Source: a virus (taxonomy: Duplodnaviria > Caudoviricetes). From it: a DNA stretch of 54,032 nt. The notes below the pieces were generated by a model. The model worked only from the letters and a program-made list of their open reading frames with translations. It did no database searches and was not told the DNA's origin. The position numbers and the translations under genes are program-made. The stretch covers positions 1-54,032 of IMG/VR virus record IMGVR_UViG_3300049914_000058; one strand, written 5' to 3'. Below are positions 9,195 through 18,276 of the stretch, one piece after another (position 1 is the first letter of the stretch; the number at the start of each line of letters is the position of its first letter).

Positions 9195-9488
9195 ATGACA
9201 GATGCAGAAAAAAGGCAATCGGAAATCAGAGAAATGGTTTTTGAGTTAATCAAAATAAATATGAACTTGATTAAACAAATGACAATCTCAACGGTAATTA
9301 TTCCAGCAGATATAGACGAGCCGGGCTTGGTTACGATTAAAAATAACGTTTTAGATGTTCTTGTGAACTCAATAATGTCAGAATGTATTTGCAATGTCGT
9401 TGTTGAATGTAATTCCAAGATGGCACCTGAGAGGCTTAACGAAAAAGTCAATACCTATGCGAGCAAGATTATGGAGTTGTTACGATGA
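9195..9488 (+). CDS. Hypothetical protein
   Basis: GAGGT RBS; 97 aa. Confidence 0.55.
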   Translation: MTDAEKRQSEIREMVFELIKINMNLIKQMTISTVIIPADIDEPGLVTIKNNVLDVLVNSIMSECICNVVVECNSKMAPERLNEKVNTYASKIMELLR

Positions 9489-9608
9489 CGAGAAAATATG
9501 ACAACGAAACTGTAATGTTCGCACAGAAACAAGGCCAATTTGGAAGAGGTATTTGGAGAATTTGCGGTGCTTAATTTTAGAAAACAAGTTGCATAAAAGG
9601 GTAATAAA

Positions 9609-11801
9609 TTGAATACCAAAGAGCAGCAGGACACAATCGATATAGTCAAAGAGTTTAGAGACACTGGCACTGCCTCGACTGACCTGTTCGACCGTATGCG
9701 TAAAGCCGAGGATAACAAAGTCGGCAAACAATGGGACGAGGCTGTTAAGGCCGCCAACAAAGCTAAAGGCAAGTTCTGTCTGACTATCCCGTTGATTAGG
9801 GCGATTATTAAGCAGATAAGTGGTGTAGAGATAGAGAATCCCCGTGATATTACCATAAGGAACGCTCGCGGTGGTACAGCGACGTTAGCCAAAATTCTCA
9901 CTTCATTGACAAAGCAGGTAACTTCTTCGGAAATGACCCGTTTTGAACTATCGCAGGAATTTGAGGCTGGCGTAACTACGGGTCAAGGTGTTATTGGTAT
10001 ATTTGTTGATAAGATGAAAGACCCTAAGCACGCGAATCTCGACATACGCAAACTCAACGAGCATAACGTATTATTCGACCCGACTTGTCTATCGTATAAT
10101 ATCAACGACCCTAAAAATGGTTGCAAATATGTTATATATGAAGAACCAGTTGATAAAGAATACCTCGAACTCGAATATCCCGATAAGAAAGGCGACCTTT
10201 CGGCCAATAGTGCAGCATCTTCTTCGTTTTGGGGTAATCTTATTGGCAATGTGAAAGGTTTTATAAAAGCGGAAACAGGAATAAGTGTAGGTAAGACAGA
10301 ATCCTCTTTTGGTTCGTTAGATGTAGATGAAATCAAAAAGAATAGGTATATCGTCAATCATACTTGGTGGAGAAAACCGAAGAAATGCGTAATGTGGTAT
10401 GATTCTCGTAAATCTGAAATGGATGCAAAACTTCTAATTAAAGATGAGGATATCAAGGCGGCGAAGAAAGGCACAAAAGACGAAGAAGAAGCGGCTAAAC
10501 TTCGCAAAGAAGGTGTTATCAGTGAACTGACAGTGGCCAATGCTAACTTGACAGACCCGAAGGTTAAGGAATTTGTCAATAAGGCAGGAACTCCAGTATT
10601 TGAGATATTTGATGTTATAATCAATGTAATGCACCATACAATCAGGGTGGATAATATATTTCTCGAAGACAGGATTGACGAACTTAACGGCGTTGACGCA
10701 TTCCCGATAGTTCCATTTTGGGCTTATTTTGATAATGGTTATAAGGCAGGTGTAGCCGAAGATTTAATCGGTACGCAGCAAGAACTTAATTACGCTCATA
10801 GTCAAAAACTTAACATCATAAAGAACATAGCCAATTCAGGGTTAATAATAGCGGGAGGGGCAAATACAGACCTTTACAAACAATGGCTCGAATCGCACGC
10901 CGGAGAAGACGGTATAATTCTCGATAAGAGTAAAGCTGGTGGCAGCATCGAAATTATCCAACCCCGCCAAGTTGCTATGGCTCACGCCGAAATGGAACAA
11001 AGTTGCATAATGAATATGCGACTTATAAGCAACCAAAGGACAGAGATACCTACGCAGGATACCGAACAGTTATCGGGTAAGGCTATTTATCTCAAACAGA
11101 AAGCCTCTCTGCAAGGTGCTGGTTCTATATTCCTAAACTGGAATTATTCGTTTACAATGTTTGCCAATTTACTTGTAAGTATCATAAGGCATAATGATAT
11201 ATTCTCTAAGGATGAGATTCTTGAGATTGTCGAGAAAGAGGAACTTATCGACCCGCAATTCTTTGCAGAGGCGAGGCAGTTAGTTATATCAACTATGCAG
11301 CAACAGGGTATTGAAATGCCCGCTGCACCAGAGTCGCCAAATATGCTTGCTCTTAAAATGGTTGCCCCTGAACTGCAAATGTCGATGATGTCTAATCTTA
11401 AGAAGGAAATGGACAATTACCAGGCAGGACAGGAATGGTTGGATGCAATGGCGTCTGAAATGGCAGAGAAAATGCTCCTTGATGAGATTCACAACATTCG
11501 TAAAGGTGAATATAATTGTGTCGTAACTTTATCTCCGGCCAGTGAGACTATGCGGGCTATAAAGATGGCCGAACTGTTTGAATTAAATAAAGTTTTGAGA
11601 GAATCGGGTGATATACCTATTGATGGCGAAATGCTTATCGAGGCAACGGATATCGACAAGAAAGAACAAATAATCGAAAAGAGAAAAGAGAAACTCAAAC
11701 AGATGTCCCTTGCCGCATCTCAAGTACAGTTGAATGTAGCCAAAGCGAAACAGATAGAAGGCAATACTAAAACCGAACCCCAACGAATAGGTATGGTGTA
11801 A
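9609..11801 (+). CDS. Portal protein, P22-like
   Basis: 730 aa after TerL; 'G-x-QWD', 'FPIVPF', 'G-x-AEDL-x-G-x-Q-x-ELN-x-x-HSQ' and 'SGKAI...Q' segments typical of P22-type portals. Confidence 0.85.
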   Translation: MNTKEQQDTIDIVKEFRDTGTASTDLFDRMRKAEDNKVGKQWDEAVKAANKAKGKFCLTIPLIRAIIKQISGVEIENPRDITIRNARGGTATLAKILTSLTKQVTSSEMTRFELSQEFEAGVTTGQGVIGIFVDKMKDPKHANLDIRKLNEHNVLFDPTCLSYNINDPKNGCKYVIYEEPVDKEYLELEYPDKKGDLSANSAASSSFWGNLIGNVKGFIKAETGISVGKTESSFGSLDVDEIKKNRYIVNHTWWRKPKKCVMWYDSRKSEMDAKLLIKDEDIKAAKKGTKDEEEAAKLRKEGVISELTVANANLTDPKVKEFVNKAGTPVFEIFDVIINVMHHTIRVDNIFLEDRIDELNGVDAFPIVPFWAYFDNGYKAGVAEDLIGTQQELNYAHSQKLNIIKNIANSGLIIAGGANTDLYKQWLESHAGEDGIILDKSKAGGSIEIIQPRQVAMAHAEMEQSCIMNMRLISNQRTEIPTQDTEQLSGKAIYLKQKASLQGAGSIFLNWNYSFTMFANLLVSIIRHNDIFSKDEILEIVEKEELIDPQFFAEARQLVISTMQQQGIEMPAAPESPNMLALKMVAPELQMSMMSNLKKEMDNYQAGQEWLDAMASEMAEKMLLDEIHNIRKGEYNCVVTLSPASETMRAIKMAELFELNKVLRESGDIPIDGEMLIEATDIDKKEQIIEKRKEKLKQMSLAASQVQLNVAKAKQIEGNTKTEPQRIGMV

Positions 11802-12058
11802 TGATTGAAAGTATAATAGTGATAGGTTGTTTTATTTGTGGATTGTCGATAGGAGTCTATCTTCGAGGCAATTTAACAACGATATTGATATGGTATCGCA
11901 TAAGAAAACTATTCTGCCTTATTCTTCCTTGTAAATGGCCTAACGGTTCTGAACAATATGGAAATTATCCCACCAATATAAAAAGGTGTCTTAGGTTTTG
12001 TGGCAGAATAAAGAATGTTCCTAATCCTCATTATAGAAAACCAATGGCGGCGGTATAA
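11801..12058 (+). CDS. Small membrane protein
   Basis: Hydrophobic N-terminus; TAATG-coupled. Confidence 0.55.
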   Translation: MIESIIVIGCFICGLSIGVYLRGNLTTILIWYRIRKLFCLILPCKWPNGSEQYGNYPTNIKRCLRFCGRIKNVPNPHYRKPMAAV

Positions 12059-12303
12059 TGGCAAAGAAAAAAGACGAAATGTACGATTTTGCGGCAAACA
12101 ATGCTATAGGGATAAGATGTGTTCCCCAAAGAAAGTTTGTTTGGAAAGTCCCAAATGGTGAAAAGATAGTCTCTATGTTGGAGTTTAAAGGTGACGTGAT
12201 TATCGCTACAGACAAATGCATTTATATTGTTGTAGGTGATACAGTTAAACCTATGAAGATGACCGATATAAAACTTAAATATCCTATTGGGTCGTCCTTA
12301 TGA
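12058..12303 (+). CDS. Hypothetical protein
   Basis: Translationally coupled ORF. Confidence 0.55.
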   Translation: MAKKKDEMYDFAANNAIGIRCVPQRKFVWKVPNGEKIVSMLEFKGDVIIATDKCIYIVVGDTVKPMKMTDIKLKYPIGSSL

Positions 12304-12566
12304 GTATTGGTATTCGTATAAAAAACGCTATCGTTCCGAGTCGCATCCGTCAACAATGCGAAAAGAACTGGCACGATGGCGGCGGATTTGGTTTGAATCC
12401 AAAGATATGCAAGAAATTTGAAGGTATGGGTGAAGGTTCGCAGGATAAGATAAGATATGAAAAAGGTTATTCTCGAATGATGGGAACTTGCAATAAATGT
12501 GAATTCTACAAAGGCGATAATGCTCAACAAGGTCTCCACTGTAAGAAAAAAAAATGCGTAAAATGA
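12300..12566 (+). CDS. Hypothetical protein with Cys-rich C-terminus
   Basis: ATGA overlap; CNKCEF...HC..C. Confidence 0.55.
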   Translation: MSIGIRIKNAIVPSRIRQQCEKNWHDGGGFGLNPKICKKFEGMGEGSQDKIRYEKGYSRMMGTCNKCEFYKGDNAQQGLHCKKKKCVK

Positions 12567-12850
12567 TGCCATTTAATAAAAGATTGATGAAATGTTATCC
12601 TGAAATTGTTTCCAATATTAGAAAAAATATACCTAATAGTGGACAGATAACAATTACTTTTTGTGATAGAAAAAAAGTTTTAGACGGGAAAAAATTTTTA
12701 GGACTTTGTGATATATTTAGTGATGGTTCCATTGAAGAAGATATTATGACATACTTTTACAGAATTGTCGGTAAATTCCAACGGGAATTATATATGTTTT
12801 ATCCCAATGGATTTTGCGAAATGCGAGAAATTGATTTTATAGGGACTTAA
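12554..12850 (+). CDS. Hypothetical protein
   Basis: 98-aa ORF. Confidence 0.5.
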   Translation: MRKMMPFNKRLMKCYPEIVSNIRKNIPNSGQITITFCDRKKVLDGKKFLGLCDIFSDGSIEEDIMTYFYRIVGKFQRELYMFYPNGFCEMREIDFIGT

Positions 12851-12866
12851 ATAAAAGGTGTGTAAA

Positions 12867-13526
12867 ATGAAAAAGTGGTTATTGGTGTTTGTTTTATTGT
12901 TTTCTTTGGCAGGGTGTAAGTCTAAGTCAGAATACGATGTTAATATAGCAGATTTTACAAAAGTAGGTCCTCAAACAAGTGGTACTGTAATTATAAGTCC
13001 TAATGACGGTAATTATATTGGAAAGGCAAATTTTGATAGTAATTTTTGGGACGATAAAGAACAAATACCTTGTCCTGATAGGATACCAGGTTGTTGTGTT
13101 TTGCATTGGAGGTTAAAGGAAAAAGTAAAATATGAAACTGGCAAATTAGATGTCAATTTTGTTACTATTGATTCTAATGGTGAAACCATAACCCAAGAGA
13201 TAAATGCCAATGAACCTGTTTGTGATTCTTTATCTTTTGATTGTTCTTGCGGCAATCGAATTCAAGTGGCTGGAATAGTCGGAGAAGAATTGTATGATAA
13301 ATATGATAAAATAGAAGTTGTATGTGTTAACTGTTTAAAGACGATTGTACTGGAAAAGGGTAAGTCTCCAGTTGTAAAGGTAAGTGAACCGACGAATAAT
13401 GCAGGAAACACAGATACCTACGGTGGCACAGATACTACTTCTCCTGATATAGAAATTAAAAATGAGCTGGACAAGCCAGAAATTATCGGACAGAAAGTTC
13501 CAGTAGAAAATATGCCGTCTAATTAA
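12867..13526 (+). CDS. Lipoprotein
   Basis: MKKWLLVFVLLFSLAG-C lipobox; internal CPD..PGCCVLH and C-x-C/C-x-x-C motifs. Confidence 0.75.
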   Translation: MKKWLLVFVLLFSLAGCKSKSEYDVNIADFTKVGPQTSGTVIISPNDGNYIGKANFDSNFWDDKEQIPCPDRIPGCCVLHWRLKEKVKYETGKLDVNFVTIDSNGETITQEINANEPVCDSLSFDCSCGNRIQVAGIVGEELYDKYDKIEVVCVNCLKTIVLEKGKSPVVKVSEPTNNAGNTDTYGGTDTTSPDIEIKNELDKPEIIGQKVPVENMPSN

Positions 13527-13554
13527 AAAACCTTAAAAACCAGAAAGGAATTGT

Positions 13555-13851
13555 ATGAGAAAACTGATTTTTGTATTGGCACTGTCTCTGTTGTTATTGC
13601 CTATTATAGGTTGTAATGAGACTGTCAAAAAGAACGTATTAACTGTTAAACCTATCGAAAGTTTAATAGCTACTGAACCTAACGACTGGAAGACTACTTA
13701 TGGTGAAGTTGACAAAACACAGGTTTACTACAATATCGCTTTGATTGAATTTCGGTTAAGAGAATACAACGCAGTTATAAACAATCAGGGTGAAGTTATT
13801 AAGAAACTTATGGCCGATGTAAACGACTTAAAGACAGATGCAAATAAATGA
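13555..13851 (+). CDS. Lipoprotein with C-terminal coiled coil
   Basis: MRKLIFVLALSLLLLPIIG-C lipobox; AAAGGA RBS. Confidence 0.75.
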   Translation: MRKLIFVLALSLLLLPIIGCNETVKKNVLTVKPIESLIATEPNDWKTTYGEVDKTQVYYNIALIEFRLREYNAVINNQGEVIKKLMADVNDLKTDANK

Positions 13852-13909
13852 TTGATATCGGAATGTCATATTTTGGTAGTGGGTCAGTTTCATTTTGAAA
13901 GGTAAAAAA

Positions 13910-14050
13910 ATGAAAAACAAGCAGTTTATTACGGAAATTCATAAAAAGGAAGATGTAGCGTATGAAGGGCCGAAAATTAGCGCCTCATCTTGGGAAGCTG
14001 CAAAGAAGAAAGCTACAAAACAAGGCGCTATTTTAGTGGGGACACTTTGA
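13910..14050 (+). CDS. Small hypothetical protein (46 aa, missing from the ORF track)
   Basis: AAAGGT RBS; MKNKQFITEIHKKEDVAYEGPKISASSWEAA...LVGTL. Confidence 0.55.
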   Translation: MKNKQFITEIHKKEDVAYEGPKISASSWEAAKKKATKQGAILVGTL

Positions 14051-14163
14051 TTAGCCACGATAGCCGTTTACGCGGGCATTTGCTCAGAGTTAGATGGTGT
14101 AGGAACGATATACACTTTATTATGTTATTTAATAACCGAACTCAGAGATAAAAAGGTGATAGA

Positions 14164-14436
14164 ATGATTGATATAAACGATAAAGTTGAACCTAAACTGC
14201 CGGACCCTGAGTTTACACCTGAATATCTCGAAGCGTTTCTATGCCTGTGTCTTTCAAAATTAGGTGGATACCAGGTTATTCCTCTGGAGTTACTCAAAAA
14301 ATATCCGGCAGGCGGAGTGAATCTGCCAAAGTGGATTGAAGAAAAACAGTCTTTCGTGATGTCAGTAGCGGAATACGCTACACCGTTTATAAAAATCGCA
14401 AGGATAGTACCGAAGATTAAACTGAGTAAAAATTGA
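14164..14436 (+). CDS. Hypothetical protein
   Basis: AAGGTG RBS; 90 aa. Confidence 0.6.
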   Translation: MIDINDKVEPKLPDPEFTPEYLEAFLCLCLSKLGGYQVIPLELLKKYPAGGVNLPKWIEEKQSFVMSVAEYATPFIKIARIVPKIKLSKN

Positions 14437-14437
14437 T

Positions 14438-14653
14438 ATGGTATCTACTGAAACAGAGAAACCCAAAAATCCAATGCGAGATATACACGGATTTTGTTTA
14501 AATTTTAAACCGGATAATCCTAAAGATTTGAACGGTGTGCCAAGATGCCAGTTAGGAAACAATGTTAATCAATGTGGCACTGATATTTGTAAAAAGTGGG
14601 CAAATAAAACTTGGAATGATATAACTTCATATCAAGAGATTGTGATGTTTTGA
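14438..14653 (+). CDS. Small Cys-containing hypothetical protein
   Basis: 71 aa with four Cys. Confidence 0.5.
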   Translation: MVSTETEKPKNPMRDIHGFCLNFKPDNPKDLNGVPRCQLGNNVNQCGTDICKKWANKTWNDITSYQEIVMF

Positions 14654-14657
14654 TATT

Positions 14658-14789
14658 ATGATACAGAAGGTAATTGAATATCTTGAAAAACTACTTAAAG
14701 AAAAACCTTGTTTTACGGGTTCTGTGGAGTTAAACTGGAAAGATGGAGTGTTAATGGATATAGTGGAACGTAAAAGGACAAAACTTTAA
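14658..14789 (+). CDS. Small protein resembling DUF2292/YezD-like (43 aa, missing from the ORF track)
   Basis: MIQKVIEYLEKLLKEKPCFTGSVELNWKDGVLMDIVERKRTKL; F-x-GSVE..DG pattern; TAATG-coupled to the next ORF. Confidence 0.55.
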   Translation: MIQKVIEYLEKLLKEKPCFTGSVELNWKDGVLMDIVERKRTKL

Positions 14790-14974
14790 TGGAATGTAAA
14801 GATTGTAAATTTTGCGAAATGTCTATCGGTAACAAAGTGGGGTGGTGCAAACGATTTCCGCCCGTGTTTAACACTAATAACTTTACTGGCAAAGCCGAAG
14901 ACTGTTTGTATGCGTGGCAAAGTCCAAGAATTGGTGCAAAAGATTGGTGTGGTGAATTTGAAGCAAAAATTTAG
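14789..14974 (+). CDS. Small Cys-rich phage protein
   Basis: C-x-x-C-x-F...G-x-C-x-RFPP...DWCGEF. Confidence 0.7.
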   Translation: MECKDCKFCEMSIGNKVGWCKRFPPVFNTNNFTGKAEDCLYAWQSPRIGAKDWCGEFEAKI

Positions 14975-15029
14975 TGCTTAAAAGTTAATAGAAAAAGCTG
15001 AAAGAAGTTCTATTACGAAAGGAAATAGT

Positions 15030-15437
15030 ATGTTATTTATCGGCAAAAATAAGAAGTTGCAGGAAATTATTGATAGTTTTTTGGTTCAAAATACCAAAAA
15101 GCTGGAAGAGGTTATCAGGAATGTTTTGTCAGATGATACCAAAGTGCTTACATTGAACGCAGCAATTCGGAAACTCAAAGACGAACTTGCTGACTTGCAA
15201 ACCACTAAAAAGCAGGAACAAAAAGAAGAAAAACTTAACATTGAACACCAAAAATCCGAATTAACCTTGAAAGATGAATACAAAAACAAAGAAATGGTAT
15301 TACAACAGGAGTATTTCAATAAGGCTATCAACCAATTAAAAGAACATGGTAATAAATTACAGGAAATCTACGGTCAGATACTTACACGATTACCTAACCT
15401 TAATGCTTCTTTGGAAATCAAGAAAAGAGTTAAATAA
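15030..15437 (+). CDS. Coiled-coil hypothetical protein
   Basis: AAAGGA RBS; K/E/Q-rich helix. Confidence 0.65.
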   Translation: MLFIGKNKKLQEIIDSFLVQNTKKLEEVIRNVLSDDTKVLTLNAAIRKLKDELADLQTTKKQEQKEEKLNIEHQKSELTLKDEYKNKEMVLQQEYFNKAINQLKEHGNKLQEIYGQILTRLPNLNASLEIKKRVK

Positions 15438-15721
15438 TGTTATTACCTTTGAATGAATCAGAATTGACTCAAATGGCTAACATTGCCAGACGGGCTAATG
15501 ATGGTTGTAATCCACCGGACGTTTACCAAATGCTTATGCTTAGCAAATTAAGGACAAGGGCGGCTGGAGTAATTAGTGCAATGAAGGAAGAACAAAGGGT
15601 AGGATTTATTGCAAGAATACAACAACAAATGATAGAACAATTTATGCCGCACAAAGATATTGATGATAATTTTTACTTGAGATTAAAAACGGAAATTGAC
15701 GACTGGCTTGAATTAGAATAG
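15437..15721 (+). CDS. Hypothetical protein, paralog of 15833..16066
   Basis: Shares the LLPL...A-x-R-x-NDG-x-x-P...Y-x-ML-x-L-x-x-LR-x-RA domain. Confidence 0.65.
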   Translation: MLLPLNESELTQMANIARRANDGCNPPDVYQMLMLSKLRTRAAGVISAMKEEQRVGFIARIQQQMIEQFMPHKDIDDNFYLRLKTEIDDWLELE

Positions 15722-15770
15722 TTTTAGCTCTTTGTAATTAAATAACGTAGTAACGGAAAAAAGTTGGAAG

Positions 15771-15815
15771 AAACTCCCGTATTGGACTTTTTGAGTCTAT
15801 GCGGGAGTTTTTTTA
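15771..15815 (+). terminator. Rho-independent terminator
   Basis: AAACTCCCGTAT...ATGCGGGAGTTT stem followed by a T-run. Confidence 0.7.
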
Positions 15816-15832
15816 TTGAAAGGACAAAAGCA

Positions 15833-16066
15833 ATGCCAAAAAAGGGAAAAACGAATGAAGTAGTAGCAACGGAAGTAACAACCGAAGTTACTGAAGCAGT
15901 AACCGAGGCTCCAAAATTGTTACCTTTGAGTGATTTGGAGTTGGTCGAAATAGTTCACCTCGCAAAACGCAGCAATGACGGCACTCATCCGCCATCTCCT
16001 TATGAAATGCTGTGTTTGGGAAGATTGCGAGTACGAGCAAAGGAAAACAATCAAAAAGTAGTGTAG
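15833..16066 (+). CDS. Hypothetical protein, paralog of 15437..15721
   Basis: AAAGGA RBS; T/E/V-rich N-terminus plus the shared domain. Confidence 0.65.
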   Translation: MPKKGKTNEVVATEVTTEVTEAVTEAPKLLPLSDLELVEIVHLAKRSNDGTHPPSPYEMLCLGRLRVRAKENNQKVV

Positions 16067-16075
16067 TTTTTTACA

Positions 16076-16215
16076 TACGTTTTGATAGCAACGGAAAAAA
16101 ACTATCTCTTAACGGTAAGAATTACCGGCGTTACGCTTTGATGGAAGCTGAAAAAATCCATCCCTTTACGATAAGGTTTATCGGTTTACGGCTGCTCAGC
16201 CGGTTAAAAAGGAGT
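16076..16215 (+). promoter_or_regulatory. Tandem array of five H-type RNA pseudoknots in the scaffold-gene leader
   Basis: Crossing stems listed under findings; two duplicated ~56-nt units differ by compensatory pairs; the last pseudoknot pairs with the RBS. Confidence 0.7.
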
Positions 16216-16226
16216 TGTGTATTGTT

Positions 16227-16982
16227 ATGGAAAATTTAGAAACAGAAAACAAAGGATTGAACGGATTGGAACAACCAACAACAGAACAACAGGGAAACGA
16301 GACTTCTGAACTGGATACCCCGGTAGTGGAAGTATCGGCAGTAGAGACTCCCGAAAAATCGGCTGAGATTCCGGTTATTAAAGAACCCGAATTTGCTCCT
16401 ATGCACGTTGTTAAGGAACTGCGTACAGACAGAGCAGAATTAAGGGAACAACTTGCTAAAAAGGATGGCATTATTGAAACTTTGCAACGAGAAAAAACAA
16501 CTCAAGTTGCCGTACAGCAGAAATCTCCTATGCAAATTGCGGCTGAAGACCAAGGTGTGGATGTAACACAACCTGATTGGCGAAAGCAAGTTGTTGTGGA
16601 TGGCGAACTTGAAGAACAACAGTATTTTTGGCGTGAAAACCAAAAAGTTCTGCAATCAAGAGTCGAATCCACAGCAGATGCCGCACAACAACATAGTGAT
16701 TTCAAGGAAATCTGCCGGCAGGGTGAACAACATTTGACTCTATTAGAAGTCAATGAACTTAGAAAATGCACTTCTAATTTTGGTCAGAAGGCATACGAAC
16801 TATGTACCAAAGCTCTGTTACGGGCAGGCATTAAAACTGTTCCTGAAGTTCCGAAGGTTATACCAACAGCTCAATCCGCAACTAACAAGGGAAGTGAGCT
16901 GCCTAAAAAGCCAATAATCCCTACACAGGACGAGATACTTTCGGGTATCAGTCCTGCTATTCAGAAGATTATGACTTTTTAG
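16227..16982 (+). CDS. Probable capsid scaffolding protein
   Basis: Acidic low-complexity N-terminus, 'P....KELR..R..L' coiled coil, immediately upstream of the major capsid gene. Confidence 0.7.
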   Translation: MENLETENKGLNGLEQPTTEQQGNETSELDTPVVEVSAVETPEKSAEIPVIKEPEFAPMHVVKELRTDRAELREQLAKKDGIIETLQREKTTQVAVQQKSPMQIAAEDQGVDVTQPDWRKQVVVDGELEEQQYFWRENQKVLQSRVESTADAAQQHSDFKEICRQGEQHLTLLEVNELRKCTSNFGQKAYELCTKALLRAGIKTVPEVPKVIPTAQSATNKGSELPKKPIIPTQDEILSGISPAIQKIMTF

Positions 16983-16987
16983 GATAA

Positions 16988-17025
16988 TAGACAGGCTCGC
17001 TCCTTTAAAAGAAAGGAGCGGTCTA
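16988..17025 (+). promoter_or_regulatory. RBS-sequestering hairpin upstream of the major capsid gene
   Basis: CGCTCCTTT (16998-17006) pairs with AAAGGAGCG (17012-17020); TAGAC/GTCTA extends the stem to the ATG. Confidence 0.65.
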
Positions 17026-18276
17026 ATGACTGCTACAAGTTTTGCATTTGGCGACCCAAGAGCGCAATCGGTATGGTCGCCGCAAGTATATGCTTATGCG
17101 CTACAAAACATCTTCTTTACGAAGATGATGGGTAATGATGGTAATGCCGCTGTATTTGTGAATACCGACCTTACCGTAAAAAAAGGCGGAACTGTTGTTG
17201 TTGAGGAAGATGACCCGTTGACAAACAACGGTGTTGGTGATGATGGTAATACGACCACCACTGGCGAAGGACAACTTACAGTAAGGAATATGTCTGTAAC
17301 TGTTCACGAAAGAGCTAATGCCGTTGTATCAAACGGTAAATTGTCTGAGCAACTGACAGCTACCAATATCCGAGAGAAGGCCAGAAAACAACTTGGCCTA
17401 TGGCTCGGAGAAGTGTTGGAGAAAGACATTCTTACCGCCGCTTATGGCGGATATAACGAGAACTCCGGTGGTTCCACTATTGATACTGTTAATGACGCTG
17501 CCCCTGCGGGTTATCCGTCAACTAACCGTATATTTTACGGTGGTCAGAACGCTGCCGGTACTATTGGCAACAGTGGTGCGAGTTATGGCACAGATGCGCT
17601 TTTGACGGCTGGTGGTGTAACGACAGCTAATGTACTTTGCGGTACGTTGATGTTAGAAGCGATTAAGCGGCGTTGTATGGCCGCAACACCGAGGTTTAGA
17701 CCTGTAACGGTTTATAACCTTAACGGTATTAACGATGACGATGTAAGGTCAGGTAAGAATCTTGGCGAAGCAATCGCAAAGGTTCTTATTGTTCTGTTAC
17801 ATCCTCTCCAGATTAAAGCCATAAAAGCTGAAACTGGAGCTACTGGCTGGGCTGCTATGACTGCCGCTGCACAGGTAAGAGGAAACCAAAACCCGATATT
17901 CCAAGGCGCATCGTTCTATTGGGATGGAATGCTCTGTTTTGAGTATGACCGAGTTCCTACAAGAACGGGAGCTGGTGCAACTGCAATAACGGAAGGTTTC
18001 CATCTTAATACCGCAACGCCAAAGATATGTGATGATGTCTGCGCTAACGGCAAGACCGTCGCAAGGGCGATGTTCCTCGGCGGACAGGCTCTATCATTCT
18101 GCTGGGCGCAAAAGCCGGAATGGTCTGAGGATATGGTTGATAACAACAAACCGAAGGTCAAGTGCGATATGCTCTACGGAGTAAAGAGGACTATTTTCAA
18201 CGCACACGGTGGAACTACCCCTGATGAGACTGAGGCTATTTACTGCCTTGATACCCAAGTTGTTGTTGACGCTTAA
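17026..18276 (+). CDS. Major capsid protein, N4-gp56/DUF4043-like
   Basis: 'DL-x-x-KKG-x-TV...L...GV..D....GE-x-L', 'R..AR..L..W', 'RG-x-x-NPIF-x-G....WDG', 'RA-x-FLG-x-QA...W'; position after the scaffold. Confidence 0.85.
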   Translation: MTATSFAFGDPRAQSVWSPQVYAYALQNIFFTKMMGNDGNAAVFVNTDLTVKKGGTVVVEEDDPLTNNGVGDDGNTTTTGEGQLTVRNMSVTVHERANAVVSNGKLSEQLTATNIREKARKQLGLWLGEVLEKDILTAAYGGYNENSGGSTIDTVNDAAPAGYPSTNRIFYGGQNAAGTIGNSGASYGTDALLTAGGVTTANVLCGTLMLEAIKRRCMAATPRFRPVTVYNLNGINDDDVRSGKNLGEAIAKVLIVLLHPLQIKAIKAETGATGWAAMTAAAQVRGNQNPIFQGASFYWDGMLCFEYDRVPTRTGAGATAITEGFHLNTATPKICDDVCANGKTVARAMFLGGQALSFCWAQKPEWSEDMVDNNKPKVKCDMLYGVKRTIFNAHGGTTPDETEAIYCLDTQVVVDA

